From Callorhinchus milii (lineage: Eukaryota): a DNA stretch of 64,000 nucleotides. The notes beneath the pieces are model-generated. The model saw nothing but the letters and a program-made list of their open reading frames with translations. It was not told where the DNA came from and searched no databases. Where the stretch lies: the NCBI RefSeq assembly GCF_018977255.1, contig NW_024704743.1, positions 46,316,001-46,380,000 of the forward strand. Direction: 5' to 3'. Position 1 is the stretch's first letter, and every line of letters starts with the position of its first letter. A program made the position numbers and the translations under genes. Below are positions 11,306-23,214 of the stretch, in pieces.

Positions 11306-13595
11306 TATAATGAATGACTTTGTATCAGAGGACACATAAGTAATAATAATCCTTGCATTTGATATAGGGCCTTATCACGTCGTTGAGCATTCTCAAAGTG
11401 CTTCACAGCATACATATTGTAAAGTGGATTGACTGTGTATTTTGTGGGCAGAAAAAGTAGAAAAAAAAGACTTTTATGTTAAAGAAGCAGACTACCAGCA
11501 GTAGGTTCTTATTATAGAAATTTCCAGAGACCTGTGCCAATATGTGACTTGTGACAATCCTCATCAATGTAGAACATGTTGAGTGGCAGCAGATAGTTCT
11601 GTTATCTATAAATAAATGAAGCTGCTGTGAACGCCCGAAGAGAGCAGAACTCCAGATCAATCCAATTCCTGCAGTTACTTGTGCAACAGAAGCTTTCAAT
11701 AACGGAGACCTGACCTAACCTCCAGTAGTTGTATTAGTGGAAATCATGGATTGTCTGGTATTTAGGTCAGTAGTTTGAACATATTTCTGACTTTGAGTTC
11801 TAGAGGTCTTGCTCTCTAAAACCATTACTCATAGATAGTGAAACATTTATAATCCACTGGAGACGAACCACCTCTTCTGCTACCAACAGACTAAATATGA
11901 CACAGGAACTCTGACACCTTGTAGAATCATATTACATTTGAGTCTGGAGGTTGTTGGCCTATTGAGCCTATGTTGGTGTTAACATTATTTTATCTATCAG
12001 TGTCTGACACATGCAAATATGCATCACCATGATTAAGAACATGAATATCAGATTGAGAGTTCCACATATGTGTGCTACCTCCACGTGGAAATTATTGTGT
12101 CCAGAATGAAATGCGCTGTCTCTCAGAGGGAAGAACCAGAGGGCTGCTCCAACACACTATCCTACATGAATGGCACTATATTGATGAAGGTTGTTGTTTC
12201 TTACCAAATTCTAGAGAATATTCGGTGCATGTTGGCAAGAGCCAAAGCTTGGGAGTCCCAAAGTGCGCATCTGGGTACTGCTGGAGATTAACCAGCTAAA
12301 ACCCTCATATTTTGCCTTTGAGAGCACAGTCTGGCAAGCTTCCGCTGCTTGTCCAGCTAGGATCACCTTGACCATTGGGGCTTTGGCTTGCAGAGTTAAC
12401 AGGAGCTGAGTGGGATGAATCCCTGCTCCAGTCTTTGCTCCTCCACCAGAGTTAACTACGTTACTTTCAAATCCTTATTTCTCCCTCTCTCCCACCTCCC
12501 CTGTATCTTTTATATTGTTTCTCTCCAACAACTTATCCAATTCCCTTTTAAATGTGGTTCTGGCCTGAGGGTCAGCCATCCAGTGACGACATGGTCCTCA
12601 TGTGTTTACTGAAATTACTGTCGCTGACACCACAATGTGGGTTAGAAGCTTGTACTGTTACCTCACAGTGTCCAGGTTGCGAGCTGATGTAAAAACATTC
12701 TGAGGCTGTAACAAGGTATCAGAGCAGATCTGAGATTGGACCATCAGACATCCAGATGAAGCATTGTAAGTTCAGATCTCAGTCTGCACTCATTGTCAGA
12801 CTGCCGAGTTTAAGAGAACAAGCAAATAATAGGCTTTTTATCCAATTCAGTGCAATGCTATTGTGGCAGGCTCGTTTCGCTGTATTTCCATTTGAGCTTG
12901 GGGTGTCTCCCATCGCTGTAAACCTGCAAAGAAGCATTGCTGAGAATGTAGAAGGTCGATTCCTACTGTGAATAATTAAAAAATGTACTATTATGTACTG
13001 TGGGTGGGTGGCAAAACTGGTATGAGATGTGATAATGATTACTCTGGAGATGTTGCTGTCGATAAGAGCTACAAGGCTTCACCCTTTTACTTTGTTTTTG
13101 TTCAAAAGTTATTTACTTGTAGTTCTCTTGAGTCAGTGGGTGGTAGTTTTGAAATACTACTAAGCCTTGGTTCTTGCCAACCTGCACCTAAAACGCTCCG
13201 GAATTAGGTAAGTTAATAACATTAACTCAAATGTTAATGGAACTGGTGTTCCCTGACCTGCTGGAGGGGCCAATACAGCAGAAGGATCAAAAGTGCTGCC
13301 AACGGTTGCAACAAAGTCATTTTAACAAAGTGGGGTTGGTCCTTGAAGCTCTTATTCACCAAAACATCTCAGGAGTGGAATGGCCCATATTGTGGTCATT
13401 GTTATATGATATACTGGATTTTTCACCCTTATTATCTTATTAAGACTGTTCTTTGAATTAACTGAAAAATTGGTACCTTGTGACATTGGTTATGAAACCT
13501 TTGACTATGGAGTTTTTAAAAAAAATCTAACTATACGTTTCTGTCTGTCTGCACCTCATTGTTATTGACAACTCTAATCTTGTCTGCCTTTGCAG

Positions 13596-13769
13596 CCAGG
13601 CCCTGCAGTGAGGACTTACCAGAACAGTAAGGCGAGGGTCACAATGAGCCCCGGCTTCACCCCACAGTGGAGCAACAACCAGTCTGCCTGGAACAATTAC
13701 GCCTTCCCTAGAGCTAGTGTTCACTACCAGTCGCATGCCAGTTACAGCTACTGTCCTGGGCATCAAGCC
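13596..13769 (+). CDS. Internal coding exon (174 bp, phase 0-0) of an unidentified host gene: PGPAVRTYQNSKARVTMSPGFTPQWSNNQSAWNNYAFPRASVHYQSHASYSYCPGHQA
   Basis: Branch-like CTAAT (13574-13578), pyrimidine tract and TTTGCAG acceptor ending at 13595; consensus donor GCC|GTAAGT at 13770. Length is divisible by 3, only one + frame is open, codon third positions are C-rich, and there is no repeat similarity. Confidence 0.85.
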
Positions 13770-16700
13770 GTAAGTACTCTATGACTCAGCTAACATATTA
13801 TGCAGGAAAATAGATTAAAATATCTTCATTGGAAATGTAATGCATGTAGTTTTTCAAAACAAAAATGAAGAATGTTTGGATAAAGCTGGATTATTATTAC
13901 TCTTTGCGTTAGAATATGATAAAAGTGAAACGTGTACAGAATCAAATTCAGTTTGCTGAAGGGAACATTGAAACATAGTGGGATGTAGTTTTGAAACTGG
14001 AGGATTTGTTTGCCATTATTTCAATTCAGTTGGGCCAAATACCTATTGTATACTCGGGGAGGAGGAGAGGAATAAGCTCTTAGTGTTCCGATTGTGATTT
14101 GTTAGGCCTACTGTATATCTGCAGTGATTTTAAGACTCTCAGCTTCTGATCTTGTTTCTCTGTATCTTTATGTGTGTCATGTCAAATTTAAAAGTATGGA
14201 GGCATTGCTTTGGTGAAGCTCTTTTGCTTAATAGTAAATAATTGTCTGTTTAAAGGTGGTTATTTTCAACAGATAATTTTTTCCTAAAAAAAACACCCTA
14301 ATGTGTAACTTGCATGGCTTGATGTTCCTGAGAATTTTCAGCTATTGAGAGGATTAACCTGAACTAGTGGGTGGTCTCTTTGCAGACCAAATGTTAAGTC
14401 TGATTACTTTTGACACTAGGGAGCTCTAATATTTGCAAGGAATTTTGGAGTTATCTCGTGGCAGTTTAAAAACTGCTATCAAAATGACATTGGTCTTGTA
14501 GGTAAAGGCAACAGGCAATGCCGGTTTGCCAATGTACCTACAATGGAATAGCCTACCAACACTAACTGCAAAACTTTACATGTGAGCAATAGCCATATCG
14601 ACATGGACCTGTGTAAATTATAATTGATATTGTAATGTCTTTTTAAACATTCTGTTCCGTGGCTCTAACCTGGAAAGGAAATCCCCTCCAGAGGTTGACA
14701 TTCTTCATGGTCTTAGTCTTAAAAAGAACTGCTGGAGACTAGCTTCCAAATTGAAATTAAATGAAAAAAATTTCAAAATACTACACAATGTTACAATCGG
14801 TTAAGGCTAAGCCAAGGGAAATGTCAGGCCTCGGATTTCTTACTGGTCCAATTTAAGGTACTGCATTCCCAACAAACTAATAGTCTTGTTACACAGCAGT
14901 AATCAACCAATTAACTAATTTTTATGTATTTGGCACCAAAAATTGATACTTTGTAACACTGAACATTAGTTTTAGGATACTTTTCTCTGGAGAGAAGTGT
15001 GTCAGGCTGGTGCTCGTATGGTAAAAAAGCAAAATCGAATTTGGTCCCAAATTGCCCCTAGTTTTGAATGTTTTGATTTTGGTATGTAAGAGCAATGGAA
15101 AGGCTTCACATCTCAGTCTGAATTACATTGCCAGACTGACTAGATCACCATTGAAAACATGGGGTGAAGTGAAAATGAGACACTCTGAACCCATTGTAGT
15201 TGAGCTCCATTGAGCAAACATGAACAGGAGAACTTGGAATTTTTTTAAATGTTTTTGATAAAATGAATAATGTCTGAAAGTGCTATATGATTGTATCATC
15301 TTCCCAGCCATGTACAGTAAGGAAATATGCAACCATCAACAGCCATTTCTAAATGGAGACGAATAATAAAATATAATCTTGAGAAAGCAGATAATGTTTT
15401 CTACCAAATAACAAGAAATTGATCTCAAGTAAGATAAAACTGTACCAGTGAATTTGGGACATTAAATTACCGAACAGTGAATGAAGATGCTTTCACACTC
15501 TATGTGAATGACCTTTTGCCAGATTTGGAGAGTTTAGCTATAGTATCTCATGCTCTACACTTTTTTACAATAATACCTGTGACATTTACCATGTGAAAAT
15601 ATGGCTTTGCTAATAATCTTTGAACGGTTGACTCTCTTTAATTGTACTAGCTCTCCAGTGCTGATTTCCACTGTTTTATTAAAGTGATGAACTGCGTTCT
15701 CTCCATTGTCCCAAATTACGTCACAAGCTTCTTTTCCCCAGATCTACAGTTAACGTAGGTCAAATATTAACAGATATTCAATCAGATTGTATTGAAAACC
15801 TAGTTGCACATGTGGCCAGTGTTTATTTTGAAGAGTGACGTACATTCTGTTTTAAAACCAACACCAGTGATAGTCATCCCCATTGGTGATACTTGTCAGC
15901 TCCGTGCAGTGCATGGTAAAGCTCGCAGCAGAAAATAGCAGGAGAGAATTCTTTAAATAATTATAGTTTCAACATGTGCAAAAGTAACACAAAACCAGAG
16001 GTGCCATCAGGAGTGCCAGCATGTCTTATTTTCAGCGCTGGGCTGCCTGTTTCCTATGGCTGGTCAGACATAATGAGGCAGACTCAGGATAAATTCTCAG
16101 TTGGACAGAATGGATATGTATGATCCCAGTGGTTACAGCATCAGACCAGTGAATACAGGCAAAGAAAAATCTCAGGAAATGTTGTTTAAAGATTATTCCT
16201 AAATGGTTAGGCAAATTTTTCTGAAACACTGCTAAAAGTCACATAGCCTTAATGTTTCCAATATTTTGTTTTTTAGGCTGTAATATTTTAGGATACTTTA
16301 AAATAGTGTTTTTTTATAGTGGAGATTTGATCAATGCCAATGAAGCTACGGTGGAAAATTATGTTATCATGTCGAAGGTAAGCTGTTTTGCTCCGTGTGT
16401 ATGAGAACCTGTGAAGAGCATGACTAATCATGTCTTCGTGGCAGTGAAGCCCTTTGGCAAGTTTCCGTTTCAAAATGTGTTCTGATGAACTGAGGCGTTG
16501 TTGAATACTTTATTGTGGCAGACGTACATTCTGCAATGCTGGGCCACATCTTCCACCTGCTGATGAAGGCATCAAGTCTTGCCTAGAGCCTGTAAATAGG
16601 GGCTGCAAACCACTATTGCACCTCATAACACTCAAGAATTATGTGAAAGACTAAAGGAATTACTTGTAGCTGACCTTTCTAATAGTTTTATTCAAACCAT

Positions 16701-18533
16701 TATTTGTTTCTCTTTCACACATCTCTTAGACCTAGATTTGATTTTCTTGTTACAATGCATCTTTTCCATTCCTCTCTTGTTTTTGCATTATTTATTTGAT
16801 TAGTCAGTCTCCATTTTCATGTCTGTATGTCATGTCTGTATGAACACTCTGAAGGCGTAGATAGAAGCAAAAGGGCTGAAATGGAGTATGAAAATGTTAC
16901 AACAAATGTATTAGTGTATTTCTGGAACTCCATCCCAGAGTTGTTCTGACTCGCTTTCTCCCTCACATCACTTAAGGTCTGTCTCAAGATGTATATCTCA
17001 CTGACTGCGCTTTCAGTCATCTTTTCCCCCTCCCCACACTCCGTAGTTCTCACCTCCAGCTCAGGTTCTTAGTGTTAGTGTCAAGTGCTGTGGGACATCT
17101 TGCCAACATAAAAGGTGCTATATAATATACATTTGTAATGTATTTAGCAGCATTACCTGCAGTGGACTTCAACAAATCATTGCAAGGTAAAGGAGGACCC
17201 TCAAATATCTCCGACTTTGCAGTAGTTTTATAGGTGACACATGGACCTCTACTAGATGGCTATATAAGATACCCTGAAGAAGATATTGCCCCAGAAAGCA
17301 TTTCAATTTGCAACTGGTTAAAAATCAGCCAAACCGCTTTGCAGATCACCTGCCCCACATGGCTGTGAATTAACAAATATATTGTAAACTGTCTGTGTCT
17401 GTGAGTGTTTATATTTCTTTACTACAGACACAATGGAGGAGTCTTTTTAACTTTTGGCAACAGGGTAAAATCAGAAGGGAGTTGATGACCACTCAACCTA
17501 CCAAGTTAAATAGTAAATGGTTTGGTAGTAACAGTGCCCTTCCTAGTAACAGTGGCAGACAAATATAGATCAGTTAATTCTTCCATATGGAATAAATGGG
17601 CAAATAAAGACTGTAAAGTGTTTCAAAAGGGAACTAGGCAAATTCCTGTCAATTCATAGGATTCATGACTTCTTACATTTAGAGATTGGTATATAGAACA
17701 AATCTTGTGGGAAAATAGATGGAGTATTCTGGATGGTTTATTCCTGCCTGTCACTGTTACTAGGAAGGGGTGAATAGTTCTGTTTAACTCTCAATAGATT
17801 GTGCAGCCACTCACTCCCTTCAGTTTTGGATCCTGCTGCCAATATGTGAGCAGAAACTTGAAAGTGTGACTGAAGGACACAGGAGTGGAGATCACATATT
17901 CATCCTTATCGTATCCCATATATGAGACAAGCAAGATTGTTTTATAATGTCAATAAAATAGTAAAAGGAAAAAAGATTCAAATTCCATTCATAGAATTGT
18001 TATTTTGGGTAGGAATATCATTGGAGTCTATTATGTGAGTTGTGTAAACCATATGTAAATGCTTGGGGCCATTTTACCAGTTGAGTAAACTATGTTTAAA
18101 TGTTTCATTGATTTTCAATTAAATAACCAATGTCACCTATAATTGCCTCTGTACACTTGCATCTGCACATGCTTTCCACAATTTGCAAAATAGACCCCAT
18201 TTGTCATCAGTATTGCAGGAAATCCTCTCCAGTTAACATGGGTACTGCTGTTAATCTAAACTGAGCATGCTTATCTTCTCAGAGTCACTATTTCGCAATC
18301 AGGACTATTTATATTGTTAGCCTGCAACGGGAAGGAAATCCTCCAAGATTCATGTTACAAAATATTTCCAGGCAAAATACTCATGAGACCAAAATGATAA
18401 ATGAAGCCTAAACCATCAGTTTGTTTTCTACATGGAGGAAACTGGTTTGAAATATTGCTTTGACAAATGTTTCCTGAAAATAAAATTGGAAAGAGATTGC
18501 CATTTCCATGAGTTTCCTGCTCGCAGCTATTAT

Positions 18534-18940
18534 GGAGTCCTGTAGCCTTGTGGTTAGAGCACTCGCCTTGCAAGTGAGAGGACCTGGGTTTGATTCCCGG
18601 ACAGGGCAAAATGATGGGCAAGTTTCCTTACTCCACACGTCTCTGTTCACCTAGCAGTAAGTAGGAACCTGGTTGTTAGTCGATTGGCGGATCGCTTTTC
18701 TGGGAGTAATAACCCCTTCAAAAAAATTAAATAAATATATTAGTAACAATTTGGTCACTCAATCAGCGACTGTTTGTATGACACTGCTGTGCACAATTTG
18801 CAGCCGCATTTCACCAACAAAATATAGAGTCAATTCACTTTACATTATATTCTGTGAATATATAGTTTGGTAGTTTGAGACATCTCGAAGAAATGATGAG
18901 GTGCGATATCAAATGCAAGGATTATTCTTCTTATTATTAT
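18534..18940 (+). mobile_element. tRNA-derived SINE (tRNA-Ala-like head, TGC anticodon loop), full length
   Basis: GGAGTCCTGTAGCCTTGTGGTTAGAGCACTCGCCTTGCAAGTGAG, B box GGTTTGATTCCC, body TGGGCAAGTTTCCTTACTCCACAC, tail ATCAAATGCAAGGATTATT. Confidence 0.9.
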
Positions 18941-19395
18941 GCACTTTGTTTGTCTGACTAGAGTTTCTGTACTCTCCGAAAACTTTGTATGACTATATAT
19001 TGATTCTGGCATTTCTCTGTTACCATCCATAAAGATTGCATAACATAACTGCCATCGTGGATGATCATTTATGCTCTTTAACTCTGATATGCATCTGTAC
19101 AGAGGGCAACGTGCTTGGAAATCACACAGGAGCAAAGTCAGGGGCTCTTACATATTCACTTATTATTGAAGGAATCATTACTAAAAGGAATCAACAACAG
19201 CAATAATGTTTTGATGTTATAAGCCCACTACAATAATGTAACTAATTTATTTACTTGATTCAAATTGGGATTATGTGACAAACCCCATTAGACCATATCA
19301 GGCTTGAAGGCACAGATAAATGAGTTGTACGGGCTGTTTCCATGCTGTATCACTCTATGTAGTGGTCTACATAATGTGGATCCAACCTATACCAT

Positions 19396-20609
19396 TGGTA
19401 TAGGCTGGCTTCCTGCGCTGACTACATGACTTCTTGTGCAAAAAAATGTTCTGGGTGACTGCTGTACTTACTTCCTGTGTGTTGTGCACATGCATATTAT
19501 ACACAGGAAGTGGTGCTGGTGTGTCACTTCCTGCATGCTAAGCATGGGTGCTACACACAGGAAGCACCACTGACATCATTTCCTGCATGTTGTGCTGTGT
19601 GCAGCAAATACTGCTGACATCAGTTCGCGCAGGAAGTGACATCAACTGCAACGTGATGACCTGATAGTGGGATCAGTGGTCTTTTTTCTTCATGGACCTG
19701 TTACAACACAGTGTCTAATTGTTTGAATTCGAGGCATTGTATAAAGTGGTTGCCCTGTGTGATAGAATACTCATTCCCAATAGAAAGTTAAGTGTTAGGA
19801 AGGTCCCTTTGCTTACACCAAAAAAGTGGCAAAAGTCTTCAGCCATAACCAAATATGGACTGGGATACCACCAGGAATGGAATGTCCCATCGTGGGCTAA
19901 TTATCACTGGGCACAGTTAACACGTTGAATGTTGTGTGTTTAACCTGCTGTTACTATGCATCACTTTCACCGAGTATGGATTAGGTTCCAGATGCAGGGG
20001 AGGGATTTCCAAAGGTGTTCCACCTTCTCTAACTCTCCTCTCTCACATAACTCCCAAATCTAGTCATCTATAATTTGTTGTGTGCAAATTGGCTGCTCTG
20101 TTCACCTACAAATACGCCATCACTACACTTTACAGTCAATCCTGTGAGGTACTTTGTGACATTTTGATGACATAAGGCACTATATTCAAATGCAAGGATT
20201 ATTTTTATTATTTGCGTGAAAAGTCCATTTTTATTCAGAAGTTTCCTAATGGCTTTTTGTAATAAAGCAACTTTTCAGTAAGACACCTCTGGCAATCTGA
20301 GTAGGACCTTTATGTGCAAGTAAATGATAACTTTTACAGTACTTGTTTTTTTTAATAAATTGCTTGCACAGAACCTTGTACGTGTCCAATACCTTGTGTG
20401 TTGGTATAGGTGTAAAAATTAAAATGGCATTATATCCTGAGAGGATGGAAATGGACAAAAGGCAGTGTACTGGATTAAACGATCTGCCATGATATGAACA
20501 GGCTCGATGAGCTGAATGGCTTCCTTCAATTGCTATGGTCTCAATAAGATAGTCCTGGCTGCAAATTAAGCTTTAATTAACAGATGCCTACTGATTGATG
20601 TTCCTGGCC
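19396..20609 (+). repeat. Left arm of ~1.2-kb inverted duplication
   Basis: Reverse complement of 21964-23178. Mirror ORFs in the track (19719+/22646-, 20246-/22115+). About 7 differences seen by eye. Confidence 0.97.
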
Positions 20610-20814
20610 TTGAAATTGCAACAACAGCAGGTGAACCAGAGGCAAATGATTGACTCTAAGGATTGAGTATACTGCAAAACTACAAAACTAAGTACCAAAA
20701 ATAGTTGGCTTTACAAACTTCACAATGACTGTGATAATTTGTGTTGGATCTTTCCTCACATTTCTGCAGCAGACTCCAGTAGAGCAGCTGTTTACAATAA
20801 CATAATTAAAAAAC

Positions 20815-21226
20815 ATAAGTTTTGGTATAGCTCTGTAACACACTGAAATACCTCAAAGAGCTTTACAGTTTTCTGACTGTTTTTTACAGTGACTGTATAC
20901 TTGTAGGTTAAGACAGCAACCAATTTGCACAAAGCAGTGTCTCACAAAAAGCCATGAAGTGAATGACCCTTTTTTAATCTGGAGGTTTGCTGACCAGGAC
21001 ATCAGAAGAAATTCCCTTCTCTTTTTGAATAGTGTCAGGAAATCTTTAACATTCACCTGGACAGGTAGATGGAACATCAATTAGCGTCTCCTCTAAAGGA
21101 TGGCACCTCTGACATTGTAGAGGTTCTCTCAGCACGCACTGGAGTGTCAGTCTAGATTGGGAATTCAACTCAATCCACAACCTCTGACCCAGAGGCAAGT
21201 GCACTGCCAATTTAGCCAGGCTGACA
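20815..21226 (-). mobile_element. SacSINE1-like DeuSINE in the spacer of the inverted duplication
   Basis: GGATGGCACCTCTGACA, CACTGGAGTGTCAGTCTAGA, CACAACCTCTGACCCAGAGGCAAG. Confidence 0.78.
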
Positions 21227-21963
21227 TTGCACTGCAAACCTTTCTTTCAGGACACAGTTAAAGAGGAAGAGGTAAGAGGTGCTGGTTGAATTATCTTCAT
21301 TTTCTATTTTATTGATTTCTTTTCTTGAAGCATCTGAAGTCCTGTAGACATTTTTACACACTGTATTTCTGACTCAACATAAGATTGTTTTGCAGTAAAC
21401 AAAAGCATTGAAACAAATGAAGATTGTTTGTGAGAACATACATCAACATTCATCAACATTTTCCAATCCTGCGACTATCATTTTTTTTAATACATATTAC
21501 TTACTGGCATATATTGTATTTCTCAGGGCCTCTAATAAACATATTTAAGTTTCCACCCTTCATATGACAGGAGACAGGTGTAAGTTCCACTCCTAGTTGA
21601 AATGGTCCAACTCAGCACGGACCTCGATCAAGTCCAAGACTGTCCCAGTCTGTATGGAATGGAGCTGTAATTTTATTTCTGATCAGAGAGTTCTGGAAAA
21701 AATAGTTTTGTTTCATTGTAAAAAATAAATATAAAATAAGAGAGATCATTAGAGGCTTGCACAGTAAGGGATTTGTTACTATGTGCACGCAAATATTCTG
21801 ATTAACATTTGTTTATTCAAAAATATTGAAATTTTTTCTGTCCATTAGTACTGTAATCATAAATGTTATCTCATGTGGCTCCTGGAATCCCACAATATTG
21901 GTGGTGGAGGCTTTCAGCTGATATCAGTGAACAGCTTTCACAGACCTTGCATTGCTTCTTCAC

Positions 21964-23178
21964 GGCCAGGAACATCAATCAGTAGGCATCTGTTAATTAA
22001 AGCTTAATTTGCAGCCAGGACTATCTTATTGAGACCATAGCAATTGAAGGAAGCCATTCAACTCATCGAGCCTGTTCATATCATGGCAGATCGTTTAATC
22101 CAGTACACTGCCTTTTGTCCATTTCCATCCTCTCAGGATATAATGCCATTTTAATTTTTACACCTATACCAACACACAAGGTATTGGACACGTACAAGGT
22201 TCTGTGCAAGCAATTTATTAAAAAAAACAAGTACTGTAAAAGTTATCATTTACTTGCACATAAAGGTCCTACTCAGATTGCCAGAGGTGTCTTACTGAAA
22301 AGTTGCTTTATTACAAAAAGCCATTAGGAAAACTTCTGAATAAAAATGGACTTTTCACGCAAATAATAAAAATAATCCTTGCATTTGAATATAGTGCCTT
22401 ATGTCATCAAAATGTCACAAAGTACCTCACAGGATTGACTGTAAAGTGTAGTGATGGCGTATTTGTAGGTGAACAGAGCAGCCAATTTGCACACAACAAA
22501 TTATAGATGACTAGATTTGGGAGTTATGTGAGAGAGGAGAGTTAGAGAAGGTGGAACACCTTTGGAAATCCCTCCCCTGCATCTGGAACCTAATCCATAC
22601 TCGGTGAAAGTGATGCATAGTAACAGCAGGTTAAACACACAACATTCAACGTGTTAACTGTGCCCAGTGATAATTAGCCCACGATGGGACATTCCATTCC
22701 TGGTGGTATCCCAGTCCATATTTGGTTATGGCTGAAGACTTTTGCCACTTTTTTGGTGTAAGCAAAGGGACCTTCCTAACACTTAACTTTCTATTGGGAA
22801 TGAGTATTCTATCATACAGGGCAACCACTTTATACAATGCCTCGAATCCAAACAATTAGACACTGTGTTGTAACAGGTCCATGAAGAAAAAAGACCACTG
22901 ATCCCACTATCAGGACATCACGTTGCAGTTGATGTCACTTCCTGCGCGAACTGATGTCAGCAGTATTTGCTGCACACAGCACAACATGCAGGAAATGATG
23001 TCAGTGGTGCTTCCTGTGTGTAGCACCCATGCTTAGCATGCAGGAAGTGACACACCAGCACCACTTCCTGTGTATAATATGCATGTGCACAACACACAGG
23101 AAGTAAGTACAGCAGTCACCCAGAACATTTTTTTGCACAAGTAGCCATGTAGTCAGCGCAGGAAGCCAGCCTATACCA
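21964..23178 (-). repeat. Right arm of ~1.2-kb inverted duplication
   Basis: Begins GGCCAGGAACATCAATCAG and ends GCCAGCCTATACCA; reverse complement of 19396-20609. Confidence 0.97.
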
Positions 23179-23214
23179 GTTTCAAATCTGCCAGAGTAGG
23201 GTAAGTACACTCAA

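Noticed and set aside
18534..18608. tRNA-Ala gene (also 49765, 61586, 8955-9026)
   Set aside because: It continues into a SINE body and tail, the copies are mutually diverged, stems are imperfect and there is no oligo-T terminator.
19719..22855. Duplicated small protein genes (69-70 aa mirror ORFs)
   Set aside because: Non-ATG starts, no coding signature; they are a by-product of the inverted duplication.
19396..23178. DNA transposon with 1.2-kb TIRs
   Set aside because: No TSD, no transposase in the spacer, and the arms contain unrelated SINE and CR1 debris.
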